From Candidatus Spongiisociaceae bacterium (GTDB taxonomy: Bacteria; Actinomycetota; Acidimicrobiia; Spongiisociales; Spongiisociaceae), in assembly GCA_965262915.1 (NCBI GenBank), contig OZ253564.1, positions 1,888,001-1,952,000 of the forward strand: a stretch of 64,000 nucleotides of DNA, read 5' to 3'. The notes below the pieces were generated by a model that ran no database searches, had not been told where the DNA came from, and saw only the letters and a list, made by a program, of their open reading frames with translations. Made by a program: the position numbers and the translations under genes. Numbering within the stretch: position 1 is the stretch's first letter; every line of letters begins with the position of its first letter. This document shows, piece after piece, positions 19,426-29,375 of this stretch.

Positions 19426-21936
19426 TCAGCGCTTCATCCGGCTGTCGTCCGGATCGAACAGCGGTCGGGACCCGACCCGCGCCACCTTGACCGGGAACAA
19501 CTCGTTCTGGTACATGATCCGGAGTTCCTTCCCCTCCTCCGCCATGTCCGTGGGCAGGTACCCGATCAGTATGTAAGTGTACAGGGACGGTGCGGCGCCG
19601 GCCGAGGTGACCCGCGAAACGCGGCCCTTGGAGTCCACGATCCGCTCGCCGTCCGGAGTGAGGATCGGCTCGTTGCCACCCATCGGGAAGCGGGGGATAC
19701 CCGAGTCGGATACGTGGCTCTCCATCGTCAGGGTGCAACACACCGCCGCGGGGCCCGCGGCCCGGGCAGCGAGATAGGCTTCCTTGCCGATGAAGTCGGC
19801 GCTCTTGACCCTGGGGCGGGCCAGACCGGCCTCGACCGGGTTGTACTCCGATTCCAGTTCGGCCCCCATGAGACGGTAACCCTTCTCAAGGCGGGCCGTG
19901 GTTCCGTAGACGCCGGCGCCGACCGGTACCACCCCGAACTCCTGGCCGGCCTCCCACAGGGCCTGCCACAGCATGGGGGCGTGTTCCATGTTCGTGTACA
20001 CCTCCCATCCGAGGTCGCCCACATAGGAGATGCGGAACATGGTGACCGGAATCGAATCGATCGTGGCGTGTTTGAAGGTGCCGTAACGGAACCCCTCGTG
20101 GGAGATGTCGTCGGACGTGAGCTTCTGAACCAGGCTGCGGGCCTGAGGTCCCCACACTCCGATGGTGGACAGGGACGAGGTGATATCGGTGAAGGTGACG
20201 GATCCGTCCTCGGGGAGCCATTTGCGGAACCAGTAGGAGTCGCGCCCGCCGTCGAAGCCTCCGGTCACCACCCTGAAATGGTCTTCTCCCATCCGCAGCA
20301 CGGTCAGGTCGGATCGGAAGCCGCCTCTCTCGGTGAGGAGTGGCGTGTATATCCCTCTTCCCGGCGCATAGTTCACCTGGTTGACCGTCATGTGCTGCAT
20401 GTAGTCGAGCGCGCCCGGTCCCTTGATGTCGAAGATGGCGAACGCGGTCAGGTCGACCATCCCCACCCTGTCCCGCAGCGCCAGGTGCTCGGCGTTCTGG
20501 ATGGGTGACCACCAGCGGGAGTCCCACTCGTGGGGGCGTTGGGGGATCCGGTCGGCGTACTCCTCCAGCAGGGGGGTGTTGGACTCATACCAGTGGGGCC
20601 GTTCCCATCCTCCGGCCTCGAAATAGACGGCCCCGAGCGCCGACGTGGTGGTGTGGAGGGTACTGACCCGGCTGTTGCGTCGACTGTCCCACTGCTCCCG
20701 TGGGTGGACGATCCCGTAGGTCTTGTTGAAGTGCTCCGCGCACCGGGAGAGGATGTGCTGCTCGGACTTCATGTAGGGATAGAAGCGGGCGATGTCCGAG
20801 GCGTGGGGATCGATCTCGGGGTAGCCCTGGGTCATCCACTCGGCCAGCGCCCGCCCCGTGCCGGGGCCTTCCTTGATCCAGATCGCCGCGCAGGACCACA
20901 GGTTCTTCACCTCCGGGGTCTCTCCGACCAGGGGCATCGCGTCCGGCGTCAGCGAGAGCAGTCCGTTGATGCCGTACTTGATCTCGGCATCACCCAGCAA
21001 CGGCATCAGCTCCATGGCCTGCTCGAGTTGGGGATCGAAGTCGTCCATGGTCAGCGGCAACTCCGTGGGCGACAGGCGGGCTTCCTCGATCGAGGGGATG
21101 GTGTCGGGGTGGTGGAAGATCGGCCGGTGGGCATAGGACCCTACCTCCATGGAGCCGCCCGTCTGGCGCTCGTAGCAGAAGGTGTCCGCGTCGCGGACGA
21201 TCGGATAGCCGATCTCGCTGTTGGTGGCCGCCAGCACTTCGAGCGGACCCACGTCGATCATCTGGTGTACGGCCGGCGTGAGAGGGATCGAGGCACCGGC
21301 CATCGTGGCCAGGCGAGGTGACCAGACCCCACAGGCGATGACCACGTAGTCGCAGGTGATCCTCCCTTTGTTGGTGACCACCGCCCGGATCCGTGACCGC
21401 TTCGTCTCGATGTCCAGTACCTCCGTTACCGGGTGGACCGACAGGGCGCCCTTGCCCTGCGCGTACTCGCGCATCAGGGTCCCGGCGCGCAGGGAGTCGA
21501 CCACCGACACGCCGGGCGTATACCATCCACCCAGGATCACCGACTCGTCCAGGAAGGGCACCAACTCCTTCGCCTCGGCCGGGCTTACCAGCCAGCTCTC
21601 GATGCCCCAGCACCTGGCCGAGGTCATGCGTCGGTTGAGTTCGTGCAACCGTTCCTCGGTGCGGGCCAACTCCAGGCCTCCCGAGGTGACGCTGACTTCC
21701 ATCTCCTCGTACTGATGCTGGCTGTCGAGGGTGAGGTGGGTCATCTCCTTGTTGTGGTCCACCGGATAGATGAAGTTGGAGGCGTGCCCGGTGGAGCCGC
21801 CGGGGTTGGGCAGGGGGCCTTTGTCGAGCTGGACGATGTCTCGCCAGCCGAGCGCGGCGAGGTGTTTGACCACCGAGTTACCGACGATTCCGGCGCCGAT
21901 GACTACCACCTGGGCGCTGGTTGGGAGATCGCTCAT
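19426..21936 (-). CDS. FAD-dependent GcvT-family dimethylglycine/sarcosine dehydrogenase-like enzyme
   Basis: VIGAGIVG, GSTGHAS (covalent-FAD His), DAO domain + GcvT folate-binding domain (ARLEKGY); 836 aa; followed by ETF genes. Confidence 0.9.
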   Translation of the reverse strand: MSDLPTSAQVVVIGAGIVGNSVVKHLAALGWRDIVQLDKGPLPNPGGSTGHASNFIYPVDHNKEMTHLTLDSQHQYEEMEVSVTSGGLELARTEERLHELNRRMTSARCWGIESWLVSPAEAKELVPFLDESVILGGWYTPGVSVVDSLRAGTLMREYAQGKGALSVHPVTEVLDIETKRSRIRAVVTNKGRITCDYVVIACGVWSPRLATMAGASIPLTPAVHQMIDVGPLEVLAATNSEIGYPIVRDADTFCYERQTGGSMEVGSYAHRPIFHHPDTIPSIEEARLSPTELPLTMDDFDPQLEQAMELMPLLGDAEIKYGINGLLSLTPDAMPLVGETPEVKNLWSCAAIWIKEGPGTGRALAEWMTQGYPEIDPHASDIARFYPYMKSEQHILSRCAEHFNKTYGIVHPREQWDSRRNSRVSTLHTTTSALGAVYFEAGGWERPHWYESNTPLLEEYADRIPQRPHEWDSRWWSPIQNAEHLALRDRVGMVDLTAFAIFDIKGPGALDYMQHMTVNQVNYAPGRGIYTPLLTERGGFRSDLTVLRMGEDHFRVVTGGFDGGRDSYWFRKWLPEDGSVTFTDITSSLSTIGVWGPQARSLVQKLTSDDISHEGFRYGTFKHATIDSIPVTMFRISYVGDLGWEVYTNMEHAPMLWQALWEAGQEFGVVPVGAGVYGTTARLEKGYRLMGAELESEYNPVEAGLARPRVKSADFIGKEAYLAARAAGPAAVCCTLTMESHVSDSGIPRFPMGGNEPILTPDGERIVDSKGRVSRVTSAGAAPSLYTYILIGYLPTDMAEEGKELRIMYQNELFPVKVARVGSRPLFDPDDSRMKR

Positions 21937-21959
21937 CCCTGGCTCCTGTTCCTACCCCT

Positions 21960-21994
21960 GTTCCATATCGTGGAACCCTCTTACGATACGGAAC
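21960..21994. promoter_or_regulatory. Tandem 17-bp operator (GTTCCATATCGTGGAAC-C-CTCTTACGATACGGAAC) upstream of the dehydrogenase
   Basis: Near-perfect palindrome GTTCCA-N5-TGGAAC; same family as 1717-1751. Confidence 0.72.
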
Positions 21995-22132
21995 AGCTTA
22001 ACCGTCGTTCGGGTAGGATGTCACCGCCAGACAGGGCGGGACAGCCCCCTGAACGGCTCATCGGCCACCGGTTGGCGGGTAATCCGACCGGGCGGAGATC
22101 CGCTGGCCGGAGAGCGCCGGTTGGGGTATGCT

Positions 22133-22167
22133 GTTCCACGATGTAGAACTGTTCCGCATCCTGAGAC
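22133..22167. promoter_or_regulatory. Tandem 17-bp operator (GTTCCACGATGTAGAAC-T-GTTCCGCATCCTGAGAC) upstream of the corrinoid operon
   Basis: Aligns position-for-position with 1717-1751. Confidence 0.72.
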
Positions 22168-22212
22168 CATGATGCGGCTCCGTTCCCGGGTGAAGGGTTC
22201 CCATCCGCTCCC

Positions 22213-22920
22213 ATGGAAATGTTTGACGAAGAACTCGACCTCCGAACGCTCCCCGACGACGAACTCGTCGAGCAGATGCACGACGATCTCTACGACGGCC
22301 TCGCCGAGGAGATCCACGAGGGAACCTGCATCTTGCTGGAGCGAGGATGGAGTGCTTCCGAGGTGCTCAACGACGCCCTAGTGGCGGGCATGAGGATCGT
22401 CGGGATCGACTTCCGGGACGGGATTCTCTTCGTTCCCGAAGTCCTGCTGGCGGCCAACGCGATGAAAGCAGGTATGGCGATACTGCGTCCCCTCCTGGCG
22501 GAGACCGGCGCAGAGACCGTCGGCAAGGTAGTGATCGGGACCGTCAAGGGGGATATCCACGACATCGGCAAGAACCTGGTGGGAATGATGATGGAGGGGG
22601 CCGGGTTCGAGGTGATCGACCTTGGAATCAACACCGATGTCGAGGAGTTTCTGGAAGCACTCGACCTTCACCAACCCAACATTCTCGGGATGTCGGCCCT
22701 GCTGACGACCACCATGCCCTACATGAAGGTGGTTGTCGACACCCTCATCGCCAGGGGACTGAGGGACCGCTACATCGTCATGGTGGGCGGCGCGCCGCTC
22801 AACGAGGAATTCGGCCGGGCGGTCGGCGCCGATGCCTACTGCCGGGACGCCGCGGTAGCGGCCGAGACCGCCAAGGATCTGGTCGCAAGGCAGCGTATCC
22901 TCATGAGCGAGCATGTCTGA
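22213..22920 (+). CDS. Corrinoid (B12-binding) methyl-carrier protein, MtbC/MttC-like
   Basis: Cap domain FVPEVLLAA; GTVKGDIHDIGKN (DxHxxG), SALLTTT, GGAP. Confidence 0.95.
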   Translation: MEMFDEELDLRTLPDDELVEQMHDDLYDGLAEEIHEGTCILLERGWSASEVLNDALVAGMRIVGIDFRDGILFVPEVLLAANAMKAGMAILRPLLAETGAETVGKVVIGTVKGDIHDIGKNLVGMMMEGAGFEVIDLGINTDVEEFLEALDLHQPNILGMSALLTTTMPYMKVVVDTLIARGLRDRYIVMVGGAPLNEEFGRAVGADAYCRDAAVAAETAKDLVARQRILMSEHV

Positions 22921-23593
22921 GGAGATCACTCCCGGGACGGCTTTCTCGGGAGTAACCCCGCTCGGGACCGGTACCGTCGGGGCGAGCACCGCGCCGCGCC
23001 TTCTGGTACTGGCTTGCGGGGCGCTCGCCTCGGAGATCCTCTACTTCACCAGGATCAACGGTTGGGATCATGTTACCCTCGCCTGCCTCCCCGCCCGGCT
23101 GCACAACACGCCGGACCGGATCGTCCCGGAGTTGGAAGCGCGGCTGCAGGCGGTGGCCGGCCGGTACGACAAGGTGCTGATCGGCTACGCCGACTGCGGG
23201 ACCGGAGGCCATCTCGATTCCCTCCTCGAGCGGTGGGAGAACGTCGAGCGGTTGCCCGGCGCCCACTGCTACGAGTTCTTCGCCACTTCGCCCGTGTTCA
23301 TGGAACTGCACGAGGCGGAACTCGGGACGTTCTACCTCACCGACTTCCTCGCTCGTCACTTCGACCGCCTGGTATGGCAGTTCCTGGGGCTCGACCGCTA
23401 TCCGCAGTTGCGGGACATGTACTTCGGGAACTACCGGAAGCTCGCCTACCTGTCCCAGTTCGATGATCCGTCGCTGGAGGAACGGGCCCGAGAGGCCGCT
23501 GCCCGCCTGGGCCTTGAGTTCCAGCACCATCGGGTCGGGCTCGGAGAGTTGGGCGCGAGCCTGGAGCGCTTCGCCGCTGCGGCGACGGGTTGA
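22913..23593 (+). CDS. DUF1638 family protein
   Basis: LACGALASE, LPARLHNTP, YADCGTGG, PGAHCY, FYLTDFLARHF. Confidence 0.85.
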   Translation: MSEEITPGTAFSGVTPLGTGTVGASTAPRLLVLACGALASEILYFTRINGWDHVTLACLPARLHNTPDRIVPELEARLQAVAGRYDKVLIGYADCGTGGHLDSLLERWENVERLPGAHCYEFFATSPVFMELHEAELGTFYLTDFLARHFDRLVWQFLGLDRYPQLRDMYFGNYRKLAYLSQFDDPSLEERAREAAARLGLEFQHHRVGLGELGASLERFAAAATG

Positions 23594-23638
23594 TCCGACC
23601 ATGTACGGCGACCAGGCACCGAGAGCGGCTCGCAGGCC

Positions 23639-24025
23639 ATGACCGGGCGGCGTACCACGGCGCGTAACCAGAGGGCCAGGTCCGAGTTGATCACAATCCT
23701 GTGGCGTGACATACCGGCTCAGGTCACCGCCCGCTCGGGGAGGAACAAGATGGCGATCGAGCTTCCCGGACCCTTCCAGACAGCCATCGACCGCGCTGCG
23801 ATGGTGGCGGGCAAGCAGAGATACGACGAATACATAGAAGAGTGGCGCCGGACCGCCACCCCATGCGGGGAGGATGTCGAGGCCGAGGCGGCATCCGCGG
23901 CCGCTCGCATCGAGAGCGAGTACCCCAACTCGAGGCTCTTCAGGCTGGCGGCCAACGGGGGCTACGAGAATCCCCCCGGAGCTCCGAGGATGGCAGAAGA
24001 CGGGCAAGGGGAGGGTGGCCGGTGA
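23639..24025 (+). CDS. 'Virulence factor' domain protein typical of corrinoid clusters
   Basis: LWRDIPAQV...FQTAIDRAAM...YIEEWRR. Confidence 0.75.
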   Translation: MTGRRTTARNQRARSELITILWRDIPAQVTARSGRNKMAIELPGPFQTAIDRAAMVAGKQRYDEYIEEWRRTATPCGEDVEAEAASAAARIESEYPNSRLFRLAANGGYENPPGAPRMAEDGQGEGGR

Positions 24026-24933
24026 CCTACACGGTGGTGAGTTCGGCGACCCGTGAGGTCGCGATCGGGCCGGACCGTCCTTTCGTGGTGATCGGGGAGC
24101 GGATCAACCCGACCGGACGCCGGCTGCTGGCAGCCGAGATGCGGGAAGGCGACTATCACCGGGTCGAGGCCGACGCCCTGGCCCAGGTGGCGGCCGGCGC
24201 CCACATGCTGGACATCAATGCCGGCATCCCCCTGGCGGACGAGCCGGCCATCCTGGCCGAGGTCGTAAAGCTGGTCCAGTCCCTGGTGGACGTACCCCTG
24301 GCCATTGACTCGTCGATCGTCGAAGCCTTGGAGGCCGGCTTGGCGGTGTACCAGGGTAAGGCTCTAGTCAACTCGGTGACCGGCGAGGAGGACCGCCTCG
24401 AACGGGTCCTGCCGCTGGTAGCGAAGCACGGGGCGGCTGTGGTGGCCATCTCCAACGACGAGTCCGGCATCTCGGAGGACCCGGATGTGCGGTTCGCGGT
24501 GGCCGCCAAGATCGTGAGGCGGGCTGCCGATCACGGGATCCCGGCCGCGGACGTAGTAGTCGACCCGCTGGTCATGCCGGTGGGCGCCTTGCGCTACGCC
24601 GGAGTCCAGGTATTCGATATCCTGCGCCGGCTGCGGGACGAACTGGGCGTCAACTCCATGTGCGGCGCTTCCAATATCAGTTTCGGTCTGCCCAACCGGG
24701 CCGGGATCAACAGCGCGTTTCTCGCCATGGCCATCTCCAACGGCCTCACGTCGGCCATCACCAATCCTCTCGAGAAGGAGATCCTCGCATCGATCAAGGC
24801 CGCCGACGTGCTCACGGGAAACGACCGCGACTGCGTCAGCTGGATCCGGTCCTTCCGTGACCCTGCCGCGGCAGGCGGGCACAGGTCTCGCCGCCGTGGC
24901 GGTAGGCGCCGGCAGGCGGGGCGCGGTAGGTAG
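24022..24933 (+). CDS. Methyltetrahydrofolate:corrinoid methyltransferase (pterin-binding, MetH/AcsE-like)
   Basis: IGERINPTG, LDINAG, IDSS, VNSVTGE, GASNISFGLPNR; GTG 24022. Confidence 0.92.
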   Translation: MTYTVVSSATREVAIGPDRPFVVIGERINPTGRRLLAAEMREGDYHRVEADALAQVAAGAHMLDINAGIPLADEPAILAEVVKLVQSLVDVPLAIDSSIVEALEAGLAVYQGKALVNSVTGEEDRLERVLPLVAKHGAAVVAISNDESGISEDPDVRFAVAAKIVRRAADHGIPAADVVVDPLVMPVGALRYAGVQVFDILRRLRDELGVNSMCGASNISFGLPNRAGINSAFLAMAISNGLTSAITNPLEKEILASIKAADVLTGNDRDCVSWIRSFRDPAAAGGHRSRRRGGRRRQAGRGR

Positions 24934-24939
24934 CGCACC

Positions 24940-26970
24940 ATGGCCGGCTCGCCCGTGAAAGTCGTGTTCACTCCCTCGGGGAGGAGAGGCAACGTGGAAG
25001 CGGGTACCACGGTGCTCGAAGCTGCCCGCCATCTGGGAGTCGACATCGACTCGGTGTGCGGCGGTCGGGGCCTGTGCGGTCGCTGCCAGGTGACGCTGGG
25101 CGCCGCTGTCGGCATTCCCGCCACGGAAGGCCGTCTCTCGTCCCCCGAGGCCATGGAATTGGGCTACCGGGGGCGCCGCCGCCCTCTGCGGGACGGTCAC
25201 CGGCTCTCGTGCGCCGCCCGCCTGCAGGACGACGCAGTGATCGATGTTCCCCCTTACAGCCAGGTCCGCCGCCAAGTCGTTCGTAAGCGAGCCGAAGTGG
25301 TGGACATACCGGTCGATCCGGTGGTGCGGCTGCACTATCTGGAGGTGCAACCCCCCGATTTGGCTAGCCAGTCCTCCGACCTGGCCCGCACATTGCGGGC
25401 GCTGGAGGAGCAGTGGGGGATCACGGGGTCGTCGGTCGACCATCACGTGCTGGTCGATTTGCAGGACGCCCTGCGAGCCGGTGACTGGACCGTGACCCTG
25501 GCGGTCCACGACGGCGACACGGTCACCGGTGTGTGGCCCGGTTTCCACGACGGCCCGGTCGGGGTGGCGATCGACGTCGGATCGACCACCGTGGCAGGCC
25601 ACCTGTGCGATCTGTCCACGGGCTCGGTCCTCGCTTCGGTGGGGATGATGAACCCGCAGATCCGCTTCGGTGAGGATCTCATGAGCCGCGTCTCCTACGT
25701 GATGATGAACGAGGGGGGCGAAGCGGAACTGACGTCCGCCATCCGTGACGCCCTGGATCACCTGGTGGGCGAGCTGGTGGTGGAGGCCGGGCTGGAGAGG
25801 AGCGCGGTTCTCGAAGTGGCGCTGGTTGGTAATCCGATCATGCACCACCTCGTGCTCGGAATCGACCCACGGCGGCTCGGGGTGGCGCCTTTCGCGCTGG
25901 CCACCGACGGGCCTGTCCGAATCCCGTTATCCATTGTCGGGATCGAGGCCCACCCGGGTGCCCGACTCTATGTGCTGCCGTGCGTAGCGGGGCACGTGGG
26001 CGCCGACGCGGCCGGCGCGATTCTGTCGGAAGGCCCGCACCGCGGCCACGACATCCAACTGGTGGTCGACGTCGGCACCAACGCAGAGATCATGCTGGGG
26101 AACTCGGGGCGGCTGCTGGCCGCGTCGAGCCCGACCGGCCCCGCCTTCGAAGGTGCCGAGATAAGTTCCGGGCAGCGGGCCACCCCGGGAGCGATCGAGC
26201 GGGTGCGCATCGATCGTGAAACCCTCGAGCCGCGGTTCAAGGTGATCGGGGTCGATCTCTGGTCGGATGACGAGGGCTTCGAGGAAGCGGTTGCGGGGAC
26301 CGGGGTGATCGGTATCTGCGGCTCGGGCATCATCGAGGCTGTCGCCTGCCTCGCCCTGGCCGGGATCGTGTCGGCCGACGGTCTCATCCTGGAATCCACA
26401 CGTTCGGATCGGATCATCTCGGACGGTAGGTCTGCTACCTACCTGCTGCATGAAGGGTCGTCCGGGGGGGTGACCCGCATCGAGATCACCCAGACCGACG
26501 TGCGCGCCATCCAGCTGGCCAAGGCGGCGCTCTACGCCGGGATCAGGTTGCTCATGGACCACTTGGGCGTGGACCGGGTGGACGAGATCCGGCTGGCGGG
26601 CGCATTCGGCAGCCATATCGATCCGATCTATGCAATGGTGCTGGGCATGATCCCCGACTGCGATCCCGATCGCGTCTCGGCCGCAGGCAACGCGGCCGGA
26701 ACCGGGGCGATGATGGCGTTGCTCAGCGGCGCCGCCCGGGACGAGGTCGAGGATCTGGTGCGCAAGGTTGACAAGATCGAGACGGCGGTGGCACCGAGAT
26801 TCCAGAGCCATTTCGTGGAGGCGATGGCCATCCCCCACGCCACCGCTTCCGTCGAGCGACTGGCCCGGCGGATCGATCTGTCGGGGATCGTCACCGGCCC
26901 ACCCCCCACCGACCGACGAAGCCGCCGGCGGACGAGACGCCGCCGCCGCCGCTTGAAAGAGAGGCCATGA
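24940..26970 (+). CDS. ASKHA-type reductive activator of corrinoid proteins (RACo/RamA-like)
   Basis: N-term 2Fe-2S CGGRGLCGRC, DVGSTT, DVGTNAE, GPAFEG, GICGSG, LAGAFG. Confidence 0.92.
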   Translation: MAGSPVKVVFTPSGRRGNVEAGTTVLEAARHLGVDIDSVCGGRGLCGRCQVTLGAAVGIPATEGRLSSPEAMELGYRGRRRPLRDGHRLSCAARLQDDAVIDVPPYSQVRRQVVRKRAEVVDIPVDPVVRLHYLEVQPPDLASQSSDLARTLRALEEQWGITGSSVDHHVLVDLQDALRAGDWTVTLAVHDGDTVTGVWPGFHDGPVGVAIDVGSTTVAGHLCDLSTGSVLASVGMMNPQIRFGEDLMSRVSYVMMNEGGEAELTSAIRDALDHLVGELVVEAGLERSAVLEVALVGNPIMHHLVLGIDPRRLGVAPFALATDGPVRIPLSIVGIEAHPGARLYVLPCVAGHVGADAAGAILSEGPHRGHDIQLVVDVGTNAEIMLGNSGRLLAASSPTGPAFEGAEISSGQRATPGAIERVRIDRETLEPRFKVIGVDLWSDDEGFEEAVAGTGVIGICGSGIIEAVACLALAGIVSADGLILESTRSDRIISDGRSATYLLHEGSSGGVTRIEITQTDVRAIQLAKAALYAGIRLLMDHLGVDRVDEIRLAGAFGSHIDPIYAMVLGMIPDCDPDRVSAAGNAAGTGAMMALLSGAARDEVEDLVRKVDKIETAVAPRFQSHFVEAMAIPHATASVERLARRIDLSGIVTGPPPTDRRSRRRTRRRRRRLKERP

Positions 26971-26971
26971 A

Positions 26972-28510
26972 ATGGGAGCCCGGAGGAGACGCAGATCCGG
27001 AGGTCGGGCGGCGCGCCAGGCGCTGCGGACCGCCCGGGTGATAGAGCAGCAGCCCTTCCTCACCCGCAACCTGGGGCCCACCCAAGTCCTCTCGGAGGAG
27101 GGTCTGGAACTCATCGAGCACAACGCCGATACCTTGCTCGAGGAGGTGGGTATCGAGTTGATGGACTTTCCGGAGGCCCTGTCCATCTATGCCGGCGCGG
27201 GTGCCGAGATCGACGGTACCCGGGCCCGGTTCCCCAGGGGAATGTGCCGGGAGATCATCACCCGTTCCGCGCCGGGTTCGTTCATCCAGCACGCCCGCAA
27301 TCCGGCTCGTTCGGTCACCATCGGTGATCCGTACACGGTGTTCGCTCCCGCGTACGGCTCCCCGTTCGTGCGCGACGCCGACGCCGGTCGTCGCTATGCC
27401 ACCATCGAGGACTTCCGGAACTTCGCCAAGCTGACCTACATGAGTCCTGCTCTGCACCACGGGGGAGGAACCCTGTGCGAGCCTGTCGACCTACCGGTCA
27501 ACAAACGGCATCTCGACATGATCTACGCCCATGTGGTGTGCCATGACAAGCCGTTCATGTCCTCGGTGACCCGACCCGAGAGAGCTCAGGACTCGGTCGA
27601 CATGGCCAAGATCGTCTTCGGGGAGGACTTCGTCCGCGACAACACCGTGCTGATGGGGCTCTGCAACGCCAACTCCCCCCTGACGTGGGACTACGCCATG
27701 CTCGGGTCCGCCAAGGTGCTTGCCGAGAACAACCAGTGCGCCCTCATCACGCCGTTCATCATCGCCGGCGCCATGTCGCCGGTGACGGTTGCGGCGGCCG
27801 TCACCCAGACCCTGGCCGAGGCGCTGGCGGGCATCGCGTTCACCCAACTGGTCCGGCCCGGAGCTCCCGTCATATTCGGCTCGTTCGCCGCGTCGATGTC
27901 GATGCAGAGCGGCGCCCCCACGTTCGGAACCCCGGAACCGGCACTGGTGCTCTACGCGGTCGGCCAGCTCGCATCCCGCCTCGGGGTGCCTTTCCGGTCG
28001 GGCGGCAACCTGACAGCCTCGAAGACTCCCGACGCCCAGGCTGCCTACGAGAGCGTCATCACTTTCCTTCCCGCCCTCGCGGCAGGCGTCAACTTCGTTC
28101 TCCATACCGCCGGTTGGCTCGAGGGGGGCCTGACGATGGGATACGAGAAGTTCGTCCTCGATGCCGACCAGGCCTCGATGATGGCGCGGTTGGTGGGTGG
28201 CGTGGACTTGAGCGAGAACGGCCAGGCGATGGAGGCGCTCCTGACCAACGGGCCCGGTCAGCATCATCTGGGTACCGCGCACACCATGGCGAATTTCGAA
28301 AGTGCGTTCTGGGTGTCGAGCCAAGCCGATGTGGACAGCTTCGAGCAGTGGGAACTGAACGGGTCGCTGGACTCGGTGAGCAGGGCAAACGGCGAGTGGA
28401 AGCGTCTGCTGGCGGAGTACGAGGCCCCTGCCCTCGACGAGGCCGTCCACGAGGAGTTGACCGAGTGGATCGCGGCCCGCAAGGCGTCTTTCCCTGACTC
28501 GGACATTTGA
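26972..28510 (+). CDS. Non-pyrrolysine MttB-family methyltransferase (glycine betaine:corrinoid, MtgB-like)
   Basis: PAYGSPFV, CEPVD, NANSPL, AGAMSP, FRSGGNLTASKTPDAQA, GWLEGGL; no in-frame TAG. Confidence 0.9.
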   Translation: MGARRRRRSGGRAARQALRTARVIEQQPFLTRNLGPTQVLSEEGLELIEHNADTLLEEVGIELMDFPEALSIYAGAGAEIDGTRARFPRGMCREIITRSAPGSFIQHARNPARSVTIGDPYTVFAPAYGSPFVRDADAGRRYATIEDFRNFAKLTYMSPALHHGGGTLCEPVDLPVNKRHLDMIYAHVVCHDKPFMSSVTRPERAQDSVDMAKIVFGEDFVRDNTVLMGLCNANSPLTWDYAMLGSAKVLAENNQCALITPFIIAGAMSPVTVAAAVTQTLAEALAGIAFTQLVRPGAPVIFGSFAASMSMQSGAPTFGTPEPALVLYAVGQLASRLGVPFRSGGNLTASKTPDAQAAYESVITFLPALAAGVNFVLHTAGWLEGGLTMGYEKFVLDADQASMMARLVGGVDLSENGQAMEALLTNGPGQHHLGTAHTMANFESAFWVSSQADVDSFEQWELNGSLDSVSRANGEWKRLLAEYEAPALDEAVHEELTEWIAARKASFPDSDI

Positions 28511-28511
28511 G

Positions 28512-29375
28512 ATGACGGTCCCCTCGAACACCGGCCCAGGCCTCCAACGAGCTGAGAGGGCGGCGGTTAGGCGGATCCTCGAACATCCCAAGTTCGAGGT
28601 CCTTCCCCTCAAGAACGTGCTCGACCAGGTGGGGTGGTTGCCGGCCGGGGCGATCGTCTCGATAACGGCCTCTCCCACCAAGACGCTCGAGGACACGATG
28701 AACCTGGCTGCCGAACTGTGCCAACGCGGTTTCGATGTGATCCCTCATCTGTCGGCTCGCATGACCCACGACAAGACCCATCTCGCCTCTCTGCTCGGGC
28801 GGATGGAGGATCTGGAGATCTCCAAGGCCTTCCTGGTCGGCGGGGACGCACCGCAGCGGGGCATATTTCCCGACGCCTACTCCCTACTGCTGGCCATGGA
28901 CGACCTGGGCCATCATCTGTCCGAGATCGGAGTGACCTCATATCCCGAAGGACATGCCGTGATCCCGGACGGGAAGCTCCGCCAGGCTCTTGCCGACAAG
29001 CAGCCGTACGCCTCGTACATGACCACCCAGATGTGTTTCGACGCCCGGGCCATCGGCGACTTCGTGTCCGGTTGCCGGGCCGATGGCATCACCCTCCCCG
29101 TCCGGATCGGGATCCCCGGGGTGGCCGACCGGCTGAAGCTGATGCAGATCTCGGCCCGGATAGGTGTGGGACAGTCCGTGCGGTTCCTCTCCAAGCACCG
29201 GGGGTTGGTGAGCCGGTTCATCAAGCCCGGGGGATACGCGCCCGAGGACCTGCTCGAGGATCTCGCTCCCGTCGTGTGTGACGCCGAGGCCACCATCGTC
29301 GGCGTTCACATCTACACCTTCAACCAGTGCGAGACCACCGAACGCTGGCGGCAGGAATACCTGGCGACCCTGTAG
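28512..29375 (+). CDS. metF: Methylenetetrahydrofolate reductase
   Basis: FEVLP, PHLSAR, YPEGH, TTQMCFD, HIYTFN. Confidence 0.85.
   Translation: MTVPSNTGPGLQRAERAAVRRILEHPKFEVLPLKNVLDQVGWLPAGAIVSITASPTKTLEDTMNLAAELCQRGFDVIPHLSARMTHDKTHLASLLGRMEDLEISKAFLVGGDAPQRGIFPDAYSLLLAMDDLGHHLSEIGVTSYPEGHAVIPDGKLRQALADKQPYASYMTTQMCFDARAIGDFVSGCRADGITLPVRIGIPGVADRLKLMQISARIGVGQSVRFLSKHRGLVSRFIKPGGYAPEDLLEDLAPVVCDAEATIVGVHIYTFNQCETTERWRQEYLATL

Noticed and set aside
26972-28510. Pyrrolysine in MttB
   Set aside because: No in-frame TAG; Leu appears at the equivalent position (GGNLTASK).
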